64,000 nt of DNA, from assembly GCA_951406725.2 (NCBI GenBank), contig OX597833.1, positions 69,068,001-69,132,000 on the forward strand, read 5' to 3'. Each line of letters begins with the position of its first letter. The first letter of the stretch is position 1. The translations under genes and the position numbers were made by a program. Positions 14,207 through 28,439 of the stretch are shown in pieces. The notes under the pieces were generated by a model. That model made no database searches, was not told where the DNA came from, and worked only from the letters and a program-made list of their open reading frames with translations. Origin of the DNA: Octopus vulgaris (Eukaryota).

Positions 14207-15048
14207 GCATGTATATCTGTGAGGTTGATAGATTACGCTTATAAAAAATCTCAAGATATATGTACACATATATAAATGATGTTGATTTGTTCGACTAAAA
14301 CATTCCAGGCGATATCCAGTGTGATAGCAGCCTAATGACTGAAACAAGTGAAAGATAAATGACAAAAATATGCTTATTATTCATAGATTTATATAAAACC
14401 GTCCTTTGACGTGAGTGCGATTTACAAATCAAAGGAGAGGAGAAAAACGAATTTAAATCGAAGTTATAATGGATTAACAAATGACTTATGATGAATATAA
14501 GTAAAGCACTAGCAAATGATGCTACATATATTTTCCTTTGCATATAAAGACAATATATCAATGATTAACTAAAATATGCTTTTATGATTACAAGTGTCTT
14601 TACGTACATGGAGAGGATAATGGTATATAGGCATGAAACAGAAATATGCAAATATACTCACTCAGTTAACGATTCATAATTAATATAAATGGAACAAGGA
14701 GCACTTTTAGATGTGATTAGCTTTATGTTTATATAATATTTAAATATTGCCTTTGATTTAAAGCTATTTGTTTTACATTACTAAATTCTTATACCATGGC
14801 TCTACTTTTGTGTTTTTCAGATGTACAGAATATAGAGAATATTACAATTACACTGAATTGAATTATAAACTATATTTCCTCTCCGATTCGTCGCTTAAAA
14901 ATGTATACGGTCGAATATAAAAGCAATTCCATTTTACACAAGTGCTTTTTGCACTCCTCTCTCTCTCACCTACACTTTCTCATTTATACATACATATATA
15001 TATATATATAAACACACACACACATATATATATACATATATATATACA

Positions 15049-15102
<54 letters not shown>

Positions 15103-15193
15103 AATATATATATATATACAAATACGTGTATGTATATATGTACATTCAATTTACGCATGTATACATATTTATATATATATATACATACGTAGA

Positions 15194-15279
<86 letters not shown>

Positions 15280-16008
15280 CATATATATACATTATATACA
15301 TACATAGATATATATGTATATATATACATACATAGATATATATGTATACATATACATACATACATAGATATATATGTATATATATACATACATACATAGA
15401 TATATATGTATATATATATATATATATGCATGCATACATGTGTGTATGGGTGGGTGTGTAGGGGCATATACGAACATATACACACATGCACTTAGATACT
15501 TTCGAATAAATCTGTGATAAGTTGTAAGTACCTCTCCCAACCATTTCCAGTTTAAATTTTCTAATTAGGCATTGAATATCTGTCATTAAATATTTCATTA
15601 TATAAATATACTGGTATTGTTTGGTGGAACAATTCTTTGGTTCAATCTAACAGAATTGTATGAAGCGGTATATAGATTTTTTTAAATATTAAATTAATTT
15701 TGTTGAATGAATTAATCAATATTACGATAAAACTAAATTTAAATTAATTTAAATATTTTCATGAGTTAAATAATATCAATGCTACTATAATTAAAAAAAC
15801 AATCATATTTGCTTGCTGTTCAATTAATTAATAATTTCAATAGACAAAAAGAATGAAAATAGTTTAACTGATGATAGGTATATCGACTTTATCAGTTTAT
15901 AAAAGAAACAATCGTGCGATGAAATAGTATGACATTCCATTTTTTGGGGAGACAAATACGACAAAACTTATGTATATACGTGCAAACAAACTAGGTGATA
16001 CTTTTATG

Positions 16009-16063
<55 letters not shown>

Positions 16064-16375
16064 ATGTGTATATATGTGTGTATATACATGTATATATGTA
16101 TGTGTGTATATATAGAAAGAAAGAGAGAGGCAGAAAAGATACATGTCTGCATATACGTACATACGTGTAAGTTTATATATATATATATATATATACATAG
16201 TATACATATGTATATATATATATATGTATATATATATTTTATCTATATCTATATGTGTGTGTATGTATATACGCATATACACCCATACATACGTTGGTAT
16301 ATGTCTAAATCTATCTATATATATATATATATGCATCTATACATATTTATCTATACACACACACACACACACACA

Positions 16376-16418
<43 letters not shown>

Positions 16419-16857
16419 GTATATATTGTTAAATATCAATACTTTCAATCACTAATAGTTAGTACAAACAGGGTATCTTTTTACTTGTAACACTAGATGC
16501 AACTAATTTAAAAGGCTACTTATATAAATATAATTATTTTTCAAAAGACTGCAGTTATGTTATGTTATGAGAATGCCATAATTTTTCTCTATCAGAATAC
16601 ATTCGGTTCAATCTAATTCATTTGTTTTCCTGGATATGACATCTGTAGAAATTATTGTCTACGTTTATTATAATAGTTTTCACCCATTCCCTAAAACAAT
16701 AGGTGCAGATAAAAGAGCACATTAAAAGACCTTTCATATGTACACAGGAGTTAGAATGTATGCAACAATCAGGAAAACATGCTAGTGAAATATAAGTAAT
16801 AGTAGATATATATGTATAAAACACACTTTTATCATCGAGATCATATGTGTGAATATA

Positions 16858-18121
16858 TTGGTTTGGCAACTAAGTTCCTGCCGTTTGTAGAAATTTTGGA
16901 ATTTATTGCGTTTTAAGTTTTTTAATCTATTTTTTTTTTCGAGAATTCAATTTTTTAATCCTTTTGGAATCTTTTTTTGTTTTGATTTTTTTCCTTAGTT
17001 AAGTTAATTAATTTTTGTATATTTACAGATCATTAAATTGCAATATCAAGTTCTGAAAAACGGGCATTTTCGACACCTCCTACTCGCGACATTTGTGCTG
17101 TGTATGGGGAGGGTGCCATAGCTGAAAGAACCGAACGTGATTGGTATGCCAAGTTCATAAATGGAAATTTTGACCTCAAAGACGCGTCTCGTTCTGGCCG
17201 TCCAGTTGATTTCAATGAAGAGCGATTAAACCAACTTTTGCACGAAAATTCTCGTCAAACGACAAGGGAACAGGCAGAGAAAATGGAACGCTGCGGGCTC
17301 AGCTATAGAGAAGGACCCTCACTCGATGGGAAATGTTCAGAAGTATGGAGTACGGGTTCCGCGTGCTTTAAGTGACAACAACAAAAATCAACGAGCCACA
17401 ATCTCCGCTGGTTTGCTTGCTCAACTCATGGACACAAGCCAACGATTTCTTTACCGAATCGTTACTGGCGACAAAAAAATTGGGGTCTGTACACCAATAT
17501 GAAGCAGCGTAAGGTATGGCTTAGTCCCGTTAAACAAACGACACCGCTCGTGAAACAAGATCTTCTTCCGCGTAAAACGATGTTGTGCGTATGGTTGGAC
17601 TGGGAATGGATTATCCATTACGAATTGCTTGAACGGAACCAAACGGTCAACGCGGAACTCTATGTTCGACAGATTCAACAACTCAACATGGCTATTCAAG
17701 AGAAAAGACTTAATCGTTAGCATGGAGTTCTTCAGCTGCACGACAACACCCGCCCTCATATCGCCAATATGACCAAGGAAGACATTCAAACGTATGGCTG
17801 GGAAGTGCTACCACACCCACCTTACTCTCCTGATTTGGCACCAACGGATTTCCAACTATTTCGATCGCTTCCACATCCTATGCGCGAAGTTTCGTTCAAT
17901 ACTGATGTAGAATTGAGAGCTTGGTTGGATTAATTTTTCGAGTCGAAATCGGGTGATTTCTACCAACGAGGTATTGAAAATCTTGTTGAACGGTCGGAAG
18001 AAATTGTAAACAACCAGGGTGAATGCATTATTTATTAGTTAGTGGTTATTTTGTTTTATTAAACCGTTTAAAAGTTTTAATTTTCAAAAAAAAAAACGAG
18101 GGAACTTAGTTACCAACCCAA
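16858..18121 (+). mobile_element. Full-length mariner (Tc1/mariner) DNA transposon, about 1.26 kb
   Basis: Imperfect TIRs TTGGTTTGGCAACTAAGTTCC / GGAACTTAGTTACCAACCCAA, TA on both sides (16856-57, 18122-23), internal transposase. Confidence 0.93.
17050..18037 (+). pseudogene. Mariner transposase pseudogene (DD34D type)
   Basis: Motifs YGEGAI..WYAKF..RSGRP, VPR(A)L, IVTGD, MLCVW, LHDNTRPH and HPPYSPDLAPTDFQLFRSL; interrupted by frameshifts and a stop at 17718-17720. Confidence 0.92.
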
Positions 18122-18591
18122 TAGAATACCTGGAAAAATAAAGGAAGTTCACATAGGAGAAATTGTACTTATATATACTCTTTCAAAATTACATTTGAAA
18201 ATAAGTTCCTAAATATTCTTTTCTGCTTTAGACAAAAGGCCGGAAATGTTGGGGGAGTGGGGACAGTCGATTAGATGGACTGCAGTACGCAACTGGTACT
18301 TAATTTATCGATCACGAAAGAATGAATGGCAAAGTCAAACTCCACGGTATAAGCTCCTAAATATTAAAATATTGCAGTTGATTATTTCCTCCTAGATCGC
18401 CTTTGAATTTAAGAATAGGTCGATCATCTTTAATAAAATATCCTAAATAATCCGAAGAAAAATGTTCGTGAAGTAAGAATTTCAAGTCCAGTTCCACAGA
18501 ATATATGTGTGTATGTACTTGTATATTTATGTATGTATATGTATGTACATAGCTTACCTATGTATCTATCCATGTATCAATATACATATAA

Positions 18592-18623
<32 letters not shown>

Positions 18624-18993
18624 AGAGTGAGAGAGTGGGAGTAAGTAATAGTTAGATGTGTGTTTTTGTGTTTATGACGGTCTGTCCAACCCAACGACTG
18701 ACAACCGGTGATGAAGTGTTTGTGTCACCGTTTAGACAACATGATCGATCGAATATTATCAGACTTTAAAGATAAATACTGGAGTCGGTTTGCTCGACTA
18801 AACCAAAGAAGGCAGTTCCCAGACATGGCCGCAGGCTAATCACGGAAGCATCAGATGGTGGAAAGACTTATCAATAATTTTCTCTAAACAAAAGGAGCAT
18901 ACGAAGTGGCAACTCGTCAAAACAACAAAGTTGACAGGATTAATAGACCACGAGTTAGGTTCTTCAGCAGCAACAAAAACCATACCAACATCA

Positions 18994-19374
18994 TGGAAGC
19001 ACTCCGTCGGTTACGAGGACAAGGGTTCCGGTTGATCCGATCAACGGAACAGCCTGGTCGTGAAATTAACGTGTAAGTGGCTGAGCACTCCACAGACACG
19101 TGTACCCTTAACGTAGTTCTCGGGGATATTCAGCGTGACACAGAGAGTGACAAGGCCGGCCCTTTGAAATACAGGTACAACAGAAACAGGAAGTAAGTGT
19201 GAGAGAAAGTTGGGGTGAAAGAGTACAGCAGGGATCACCACCATCCCTGCCGGAGCCTCGTGGAGCTTTAGGTATTTTCGCTCAATAAACACTCACAACG
19301 CCCGGTCTGGGAATCGAAACCGCGATCCTACGACCACGAGTCCGCTGCCCTAACCATTGGGCCATTGCGCCTCC
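18994..19374 (-). mobile_element. SINE family B, full length with TSD
   Basis: GGAGGCGCAATGGCCCAATGGTTAGG head, B box GGTTTCGATTCC; flanking direct repeat ATACCAACA(T/C)CA. Confidence 0.9.
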
Positions 19375-19698
19375 ATATACCAACACCAATAACAATACTT
19401 ACAACAAACTCCGACTACTTTCAGGATTAATTGCCATTGAATCAAGTGGATTCGGCAGAGTGTAGAACCTGGGAAATCTGGGATATTATCGGAAACTCTC
19501 TTAAGTCATTTGAAACGGAGAAAACTCCGAGTTGGAATCTAATTATCAAACAGAAATATTTATCTGTTTAATATGAAATTCGAATGATTGTCTGTAAATA
19601 CAGACATTTTTACAGAGACACTTTGCATATGATCAATAAAGCCATTACGTGTATATATATATATATATATATATATACATACATTATGTATATGTGTA

Positions 19699-19735
<37 letters not shown>

Positions 19736-20769
19736 ATGTATATACTTATATATGTATCTATTGTGTATATATACATATATATATATATATATGTGTGTGT
19801 GTATGTATATATGTGTGTGTGTGTGTATAATCAAGCAGACACATTTTTTAATCGAATCATTTTTGTTTTTTCTGTTTTTTGGGGGTTTTTTTTTAACAGA
19901 GCTAGAAAGAAATTTCATTTGATAACCTAATGATAGAAATAGATTGATTCCCTTAATTTCAACGATTTGTGTTTAGAAAAATACAATTTTCTACCAAGAA
20001 ATTACCATCAACCCAATAGCAAACACGCACTATTTATTTCTTTTTTTTATCATTCTCTCTCTCTCTCTATCTTTCTCTTTCCTTTTTTAACGTCTGTCTC
20101 ATCACTAAATTGTCCAAAGCAAATTTTGATTAGATCAGATAAATAATCTATTTGTGGATTGAACGCCTCAGGAAGTTTTAAATGAAATAATTGGTCTGGC
20201 CTAAGAATCAGATTGGCAAGCATCCCAAGAAAAGCAGACGAAATATAATGGTTAAAGGATTAATTTGCTGGGAAAGTTTCTCCGATATTACTTCTTCAGT
20301 TGGTGATATTTTATTCAATACGAACTGTCTAATTAACCAGTCTTGCACAAATTACCTCTTGTACACACACACACACACACATAATCACTCACACTCATAC
20401 ACACATATATATATGTCTGTGTATGTGTGTATTTATGAGTGAGTACGTATGTTTGTATAAACGCTTCTTTAATCCCAGTCACGGTCGCGTCTTTTAACGA
20501 GGATCACGCGTTTTAGAGACCCTCCTGAAATTACAAGATTATTCCTTATAGCGTAAACCATGTTCATGTTTTTTTAATGAAAGTAATACATTTTGCATCG
20601 GAGCAAACTTTGCTATAACATTTGATAATTATTTTATGTCGTTGCACCATAAATCCCCTTCAGTTCTTTATTTTAGTTTCAATGCAGGAAAAGCTTTGAG
20701 AAGGCAATACGTAACACAGTGCAATATTGTGTCTATAAAGATAGCTTTGTCTTACTCGCTTAAATCGCA

Positions 20770-21040
20770 AGACTTCTGCTACTTTTAGTCGAATAAATCG
20801 ACAACAGTACCTTCTGTTTTAAAGCCGAATAGCTATAAGGTTGGCCCCTTTTGCAGAACTGCTAAGTTACGGTGACCTAAACATACCAACACCGTTTGTG
20901 AAGCAGACAGAAAGGCATGCGCACGCAGACACATAAACCACCTCGGCCAGGCAAACACACACACAGAGGTTATAGTAGATGACATCACCCAACGTGTTAT
21001 GCAGTGGGACTGAACCCGGATCACTCTGCTCACACAGCAA
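20770..21040 (-). mobile_element. Old degenerate SINE family C copy
   Basis: TTTAGTCGAATAAATCGAC, CTGCTAAGTTACGG and GCAGTGGGACTGAACCCGGA match family C. Confidence 0.6.
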
Positions 21041-22009
21041 TTTAAGTTTAGAAGTGGATTCCGCTCTGTTGTAAACACTAAGTTTATGTTTCCAGTTTCT
21101 GGACAACTTCTAGCTCTATTCTTCTCTAGTGAGCTTACAATAAGTCATGGCCACTGCTTCCCTTCTGAATATTATTAACAAAAAAGCTTAATAATAAAAC
21201 GAAACTGAATTTCGTGTCGAATAGAGGAACATATCCAAAGGATGCTGTGCATTGAGGAATTGTAGCTGTTTCCAATATCATCCATTGTATTCCTAATAAT
21301 CGGATTTTACTGCTGCATTTATGACTGGAAACGAAATACAAACAAATCTATCACTAGTTAGAAAAATGTCACGTTTGATATTCTCATCGGCAATTATAAC
21401 TATTATGCCTAACAGCCAGATGAAAGGAAAAATCAGAAACGAAAACGAGCAGAACGAATAGCATACGGCAACAATAGGTTTGCAATAAAGACTAACGAAC
21501 TGGTGGTTTTATCTGTTACTACATAAATGTCATAGCCACTGAGCAAAATCAATGTTATTTGTTCAACAGAGTTGTTTTAGTATGGCAGAAATACATATCC
21601 GACGTAGCAACCATTTATACGTCTTTGATCGTGGGATGATGCAAAGCGTATATATGTCGATAATATATTGAACGTATAAGACAATTTCTTTTTTTTATAT
21701 TTCATAAGAACACAGCACACAGACGCACAAGTATATGTAATATGCAAGCATATGTGTGTGTGTGTCTGTGCGTACATACACACTTTATATACACGCACAT
21801 AAATACATTTACGTACCTATAACACAATGCTTTCATCTATCAGAGGAAATAATATTAGACACATTTACAAAATATACATGCACATAATCGCATTCATATA
21901 TAGATATATATATGTGTATATATAGATATACATATATATATACATATACATACAAATATATATGTACACACACACACGTGTGTATGTGTGTACCTGTATG
22001 TGTGTGTAT

Positions 22010-22412
22010 ATGTACTACACGATCTCAACATCAGGTTCAAAATTCATTCGAGGCTAGGACCACGGGCCATACGTCCCCTAACCTGTCCAGGATCATATCA
22101 CATACATACACTGCAACACAGTTTCTTTTCCTCAACAGGCCCTGCCCTATTTAACGTCGTCACGAAACAAGTCAAAGAGGAAAGGATCCCATTACCTTTA
22201 AACGGAATCGGAACCACATCATTCAAGGAATACCAGGTAAGCCAAATAAACCTGTATAATCCTCACTCCTCAAGAACTCCCTACTCGAATGCGCCATGAT
22301 ACCACAAAACCTGACTTAAAAAGGGTTTAGATAATCCTATCAGGTGGTGCTATTAAGTTAGACATGACCTGGACCAATCTTTGGTCGAAAAATATCCAAT
22401 TTTATCTCAGGT
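22010..22412 (+). mobile_element. CR1-like LINE 3' end, second copy
   Basis: Homologous to 2055-2392 (CAAAGAGGAAA.GGATCCCAT, GATAATCCTATCAGGTGGTGCTATTAAGTTAGACATG); frameshifted; ends in (TA)n. Confidence 0.75.
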
Positions 22413-22659
22413 TATATATATATATATATATATAATTATATATATATACACACACACACACAAACACGCACATACATATGAGTGTGTGCCCTCGTACTTC
22501 TTAGTTTTTGTTGTTTCGTGACGTCCTGGGCTCTTCGACCGCACACATGATTTGTTTTTAGCGATCGAACGCTTCTATACACATAAACTTACTCCCTGCA
22601 CCGGATCGACATACCTGTACAGGTGCAACTGGGGCAACATGCAACATATCAGATGTCGA

Positions 22660-22776
22660 AATAATTACAGTGCAACGTGTAATGATATGCTTTGCTCAAG
22701 AAGGCAACGCAATGTTACGTCTAGGAATTGAACCCACGAACTCACAACTGTGAGTGCAACAGCTTAACCACTAAGC
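22660..22776 (-). mobile_element. tRNA-derived CORE-like SINE head of another family
   Basis: Minus strand GCTTAGTGGTTAAGCTG...GGGTTCAATTCC...CTTGAGCAAAGCAT. Confidence 0.55.
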
Positions 22777-23144
22777 ATATATATATATAAATGTATATAT
22801 ACGTATGTGTGTTTATATATATGTATATATGTATATATATATATAAGTGTATATATATATATTTATATATATGCATGTATATATATATATATGTATATAC
22901 GTATATATATATATATATATATATGTATATGTTTTTGTGCGTGTGTATGCATGTATATATAGATATATGTATACAAATATATATATATATATGTCTGCAT
23001 GTATGAATAAATATTTAATATGTATATATATACATATGTATACAATTATATATATATATACATATGTCGTATATACACACACACACATGCATACATATAT
23101 ATATATATGTATATATATGCATGCATGTATGTATGCATGTATGT

Positions 23145-23345
23145 AACCGACCACGTCTCAAGCGTTGTGTGGTATGTTTTGCTTGAGAAGACCTATCAAA
23201 CCATGTGAAGCCGTAGCCGTGGCCGATACCAGTGCTGGTTGGCTGGCACCCGTATCGGTGGCACGTGAAAAGCACCCACTATGCACCTCGACTGGTTTGG
23301 CATTAGGAAGGGCATCCAACCTTAGCGACCATGCATGTATCGAAA
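23145..23345 (+). mobile_element. SINE body fragment (family with GGCATTAGGAAGGGCATCCA motif)
   Basis: GGTGGCACGTGAAAAGCACCCACTA..GGCATTAGGAAGGGCATCCA shared with 53975-54035. Confidence 0.6.
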
Positions 23346-23426
23346 GCAGACTTTACATGATTATGATGAATACGCATGTATTTTTTTATATCGGTGTATT
23401 AAAATTCTTATAATTATATATATATG

Positions 23427-23492
<66 letters not shown>

Positions 23493-23591
23493 AATGTAAA
23501 TATCTTCCCGAATTTATTCTATTACAAAAATGCGCACTTATATATAGCAGTATGTTTTGCATTGGAGTGAACTGAGCATACGTATGTATTA

Positions 23592-23637
<46 letters not shown>

Positions 23638-24484
23638 GATTGATATCTAGATATATGTGGCGGTGGGGCTCCTCTGTGAGCAGACTGCAGAGTGCTATTT
23701 GTAGCTATGCCTCATTGATGTCCAGTTTCTAAAGCTTTAAAATGTCCATAGAGATAAAATGTATAAAGGAAACAGATAGTTATCTTTCACTAAATCATTA
23801 TATGGATTAGATTTCAAAAGATATTTTCCCATGTACTCTGGGGTGTATATGTGTAAATATACATATATATATATATAGAAATAGTAACTACATCCAGACA
23901 AAATAGCGGAACATTTGGTATTTCAAAAGTAAAATATATATAGACATATTAGGAATTATGTTTATTCCTAGGTATCATGTAACGATCGGACAATCTATAA
24001 AGATGAATTGGTAATCTATATGAAACCTATGGACACTAACAGTATATGAACAGTTGCGTTAAAGTATTCTACTGTAAGATTCAAAGAGAGATGGGAAGAA
24101 CTTCCATTTTAAAGTTGGAATCTCATCAAAGTTTTACAATCTAAGATAAGAGTTCTGTAGATATGAAAAAAATATCAAATTGTAAGCGAATAGATATATA
24201 TATAGCTGTGTGTCACTGGAGAATTACAGACGTTCACACGTTGCAGTTTAGATTTCACTGATTTTGTGGTGAGAGTTTGAATGAAAATCTCAGTCGTGAG
24301 CACATGTTCTAAAAACATTATTGAATCAAGGACAAGCGAGGATATATAATGTTCAGTCACACAAACATTGGGTATTCCTGACGAAAAGGTATTGCAAAAT
24401 TTATACTCCTATATTCCTATATATTCAATTTTTCTCATCTTCATTCAATCAAAATCGACAACAGTGTATACGAATAAAATACAT

Positions 24485-24567
<83 letters not shown>

Positions 24568-24951
24568 CACAATAGACAGGTCGAATATTGTTGGTTAGCC
24601 AGATGCATAAATAACAAAAAGCTGACGATAATCAATAAACTTAACCAATCAATATATCCAATACACTTCGTCCCACACTGAATGAGGTAGAAATTCCGAT
24701 ATCACTGCCGCTATACAACTCTAGTATTTATCGAAAAAGATCGTTGTCGATGTTGCGATATTCCGTCTGTGGGAGAAGGATGAAAAATATAGTTACGTAC
24801 TACACATGTTTCAAAAGACTCACCGAACAGAGATTACGCAACTTTGAGGTGCTACGTAGATGATCAGTGCTCATTCTCTTCGTGAATCTTTGAAGCATGC
24901 TATGGCACTTGATATTATTGTAAAGAATACTATCCTTACATATATATAGCC

Positions 24952-25014
24952 AGATAACCGAAGAGATGGTGTTGTGGATTTCCACTTCGGCATCTGAAAC
25001 TCACAGTTTTATCT
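24952..25014 (+). ncRNA. Hammerhead-like ribozyme motif (variant core) in Penelope-like 3' segment
   Basis: Stem I AGATAA/TTATCT; core CCGAAGA; stem II GATG/CATC with inner GTGGA/TCCAC; extra T then GAAA; stem III ACT-cac-AGT; GUU site. Confidence 0.55.
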
Positions 25015-25265
25015 TGACTATTGAGTAATGTAACATATTATTTTATAGATAAATTTCCTCTATTTACATAATATTGAGGTCTCTTTCTTTCTTTTGTTAT
25101 CTTACCGTTTTTACCAATATATATATATATATATATAGGTTTATGTATATACTATTTTGTCGTTTGTTAAATTCAGCACAAGAGCTCATACTAAGCGAGG
25201 GCGCCACCGTCGGCTTTTTTGTATATTCATTACTTCAAACCTCTGATTAATAACTGCGTGTGTGT

Positions 25266-25298
<33 letters not shown>

Positions 25299-25348
25299 TT
25301 AACTTTCGTATATATAAACATTCATTTATATATTTGTATTTAAGCATA

Positions 25349-26069
25349 CGAGGTCTGATCCATAAGAGCTAAAGGACGAAGAGAGAACCCGGATGAGCAA
25401 ATATTGACATTGAACTCTGTTGCTAATATGCACAAAGTTTTAGCGTTCTAACTCACTTCTGCTGTTTATGGTTGTACTTGGAAGGAATTAATATTGCATG
25501 TAATAGTCGCATTGACCATGACAGAGAAAGTTGTCGTGGAAATAGCTACTCACAGGCTTACACAAAGTTGCAGAAAGTGTATGGAGAGGAATGTATGAGC
25601 CGCATATAAGTGTACGAGTTGTTTAGACGTTTCCAATGTAGCCGAAGAATTGTCGATACTGACGAAAGTTCTTGGAGGCCCGAAACCAGCAGAACTGAGA
25701 AAAACATTGCAAGTGTTTGTGCAGATGTGAGGGGGACATCGTCGTAATCACATACCTATTTCTTTATTACCCACAAGGGGCTAAACACAGAGGGGACAAA
25801 CAAAGACAGACATAGGGATTAAGTCGATTACATCGACCCCAGTGCGTAACTGGTACTTAATTTATCGACCCCGAAAGGATGAAAGGCAAAGTCGACCTCG
25901 GCGGAATTTGAACTCGTGATGTGGAGATTAGTTACAGTTCAGTCTATTATCACTGAAGATTTGGATATGAGACTCGTGTCTGCTAAGTTTGTCTCAGAAC
26001 TGCTTTCAGCTGACCAAAAACGACATTCGGGTTTCAGTTGAACAAGTTCTCCTTGATTGTGTCAAGAAC
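25349..26069 (+). mobile_element. Mariner 5' remnant (TIR plus HTH region), interrupted by SINE A
   Basis: TA|CGAGGTCTGATCCATAAG TIR; reads AYTKLQKVYGEECMSR..VYELFRRF..RPETSRTEKNI, then after the SINE IITEDLDMRLVSAKFVSELLSADQK. Confidence 0.8.
25752..25916 (-). mobile_element. SINE family A (5'-truncated) nested in mariner
   Basis: TACCTATTTCTTTATTACCCACAAGGGGCTAAAC...GTCGACCTCGGCGGAATTTGAACTC. Confidence 0.88.
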
Positions 26070-26460
26070 TCTTTACTCTTTTATTCTTTTACTTGTTTCA
26101 GTCATTTGACTGCGGCCATGATGGAGCACCGCCTTTTAATCGAGCAACTCGACCCCGGGACTTATTCTTTTGTAAGCCTAGTACTTATTCTATCGGGCTC
26201 TTTTGCCGAACCGCTAGGTAACGGGGACATGAACACACCAGCATCGGTTGTCAAGCAATGCTCGGTGGACAAACACAGACACACAAACACGATCACACGC
26301 TACACACGCTTCTTTCAGTTTCCGTCTACCAAATCCACTCGCAAGGCTTTGGTCGGCCCGAGGCTATAGTACAAGACACACCTGCCCAAGGTGCCACGCA
26401 GTGGGACTGAACCCGGAACCATGTGGTTACTTTACAAGCTACTTACCACACAGCCACCTG
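26068..26460 (-). mobile_element. SINE family C, near full length
   Basis: Matches 7975-8385 throughout. Confidence 0.88.
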
Positions 26461-26764
26461 CGAGGTCTGATGAAATATTTTTGGAAATTTTACGCAGGCG
26501 CCTCTGAGCAGGTATTGCCAAGCTTTTGACAAAATTTGCTTCAGATTTTCTGCTCGTCTTTCTCTGTCGTGGCCATTGCGACGATCAGACGCTACACACG
26601 TTCCTTTCAGTCGTTGCTGTAAATAGCAGAAGAGAGCTGGAACGTTAACACTTAGAGCACAGGCACAATAGCATTTTAAGTCAATCTGTGCCTGGCCGCT
26701 TCACTCTGCATACTTTATCTTCGTTACTACTGCAAAAGTCTCGATACTTATTGATCAGATCACG
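26461..26764 (-). mobile_element. Short non-autonomous mariner derivative (about 300 bp), same family as 25349
   Basis: Minus strand TA|CGTGATCTGATCAATAAG TIR, 5' UTR similar to 25370-25530, TEKDEQKI..KFCQKLGNTCSEA, then a TIR-like end TTCATCAGACCTCG. Confidence 0.7.
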
Positions 26765-27213
26765 TATATATATATATATATTTATGAAACGCTACAGTGG
26801 TTTTTCGTATTCAACATATTTGAAAGTAACCAATACCTACTGAACTGATTCCTGCAAAGCGCATCCACATCCACACGCGTACGCATCCACGCACATACAC
26901 ACACACACATACACACACACACATACATGGTCACACACATACACACGCTTTTAGCTGGAATACTGTTTAGAAATATGAAAAATCATAAAAATGGAACAAT
27001 TCGGGAACATAAAAATAGAAACCATAAATACGGAGTATAAGAGTTGAAAATAGCTGTATTGACATGAAAATATAGAAATCCATACATACACACACACACT
27101 CACACTTATACACATAAACATGCGTATATACTGAACCGCAATATAAAGTATACTTACATACACGTACTCAAATATTTGCACTTTTTCCTATAAATATTCA
27201 TATGTAGATGTGT

Positions 27214-27263
<50 letters not shown>

Positions 27264-27288
27264 ATATATATAATATACATATGATATA

Positions 27289-27322
<34 letters not shown>

Positions 27323-27516
27323 CATATATATATGTATGTATTATATATATAATATACATATATAATTAAATTTTTATTTATATATATATATATATATATG
27401 CATATATATATATATATGTGTGTGTGTGTGTATTATATATAATATATATATATGCATAGATATATATATTTCATATGCATATATATATATATGTGTGTAT
27501 ATATCATATATATAAT

Positions 27517-27563
<47 letters not shown>

Positions 27564-28439
27564 CATATAGAAACACATACACATATATATACACGCGCAC
27601 ATCAATTTCCTTTATCTTTATATTCGCTTTCAAGTATCGGTATTTTATATATAAAATGTTGCCGAATATTGTGCTTTTAGATTATGTTTCCTGTGCTGCT
27701 GGAGGAAGCATCCGCATGTTCATTTCTGTGGATAGCGTAAGTTACGAAACCATACATATAATGCCTTTCGTTCCCATCCTGTTCTTAGAAGATATTCAGC
27801 CAAGATTTTGTATTTACGTCACGCACCAAATGCAATATCAGCGTAAATGGTGTAAATGCTTATGAATACTTCTGTTTGATGTATGTGCGTTATTGGTCTC
27901 GAGAATGCGCGCCTCTGTATGCGAGTTTGGTTGCTCTTGGTATCTTTAATAAGATCGTATAGCAACAACAATGTTTAGATCCAACTAAGCTAAGATCAAA
28001 TGAATTCCTGCTATGTCCATCTCTGTCTTCTAGCATTATCCATTGTTGTTCTTGTATATGGTTTATTTTTATTTTTTGCTTTGTCTTTATTATCTGTTTT
28101 TTTCCGAAAATACGCTAAAATTTCAGAGAATGGATGATCGGCATTTTCCGACGTACGCCTGCGGTAGTGCAGAGACGGTAACTTAAATAGCTGTTCTGTG
28201 TCTGGGTCTAACCAGAAGCAAGTGCCTAGTCCTTAATCCAACCTCCCCATTGATTGAACATCATAATGGAAAAACTATTCAAGGCCTTCACAGCTTTTAT
28301 GGAAACGAGATACTGGTTAGTTTTAACCTCAGAGTATTTCCCTCCAGATTTTTTATGGGTTTTACTACCTTAGCATTTTTAATCGCTCAATAAGTTGCTA
28401 CTTAAGTGAGCTGGAATTTATTATTGTAGCAAGTGTAGG

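Noticed and set aside
19300-19374. tRNA-like sequence (also about 660-734, 29695-29767, 34170-34246)
   Set aside because: Heads of SINE family B, continuous with the SINE body and in two cases bounded by TSDs; not stand-alone tRNA genes
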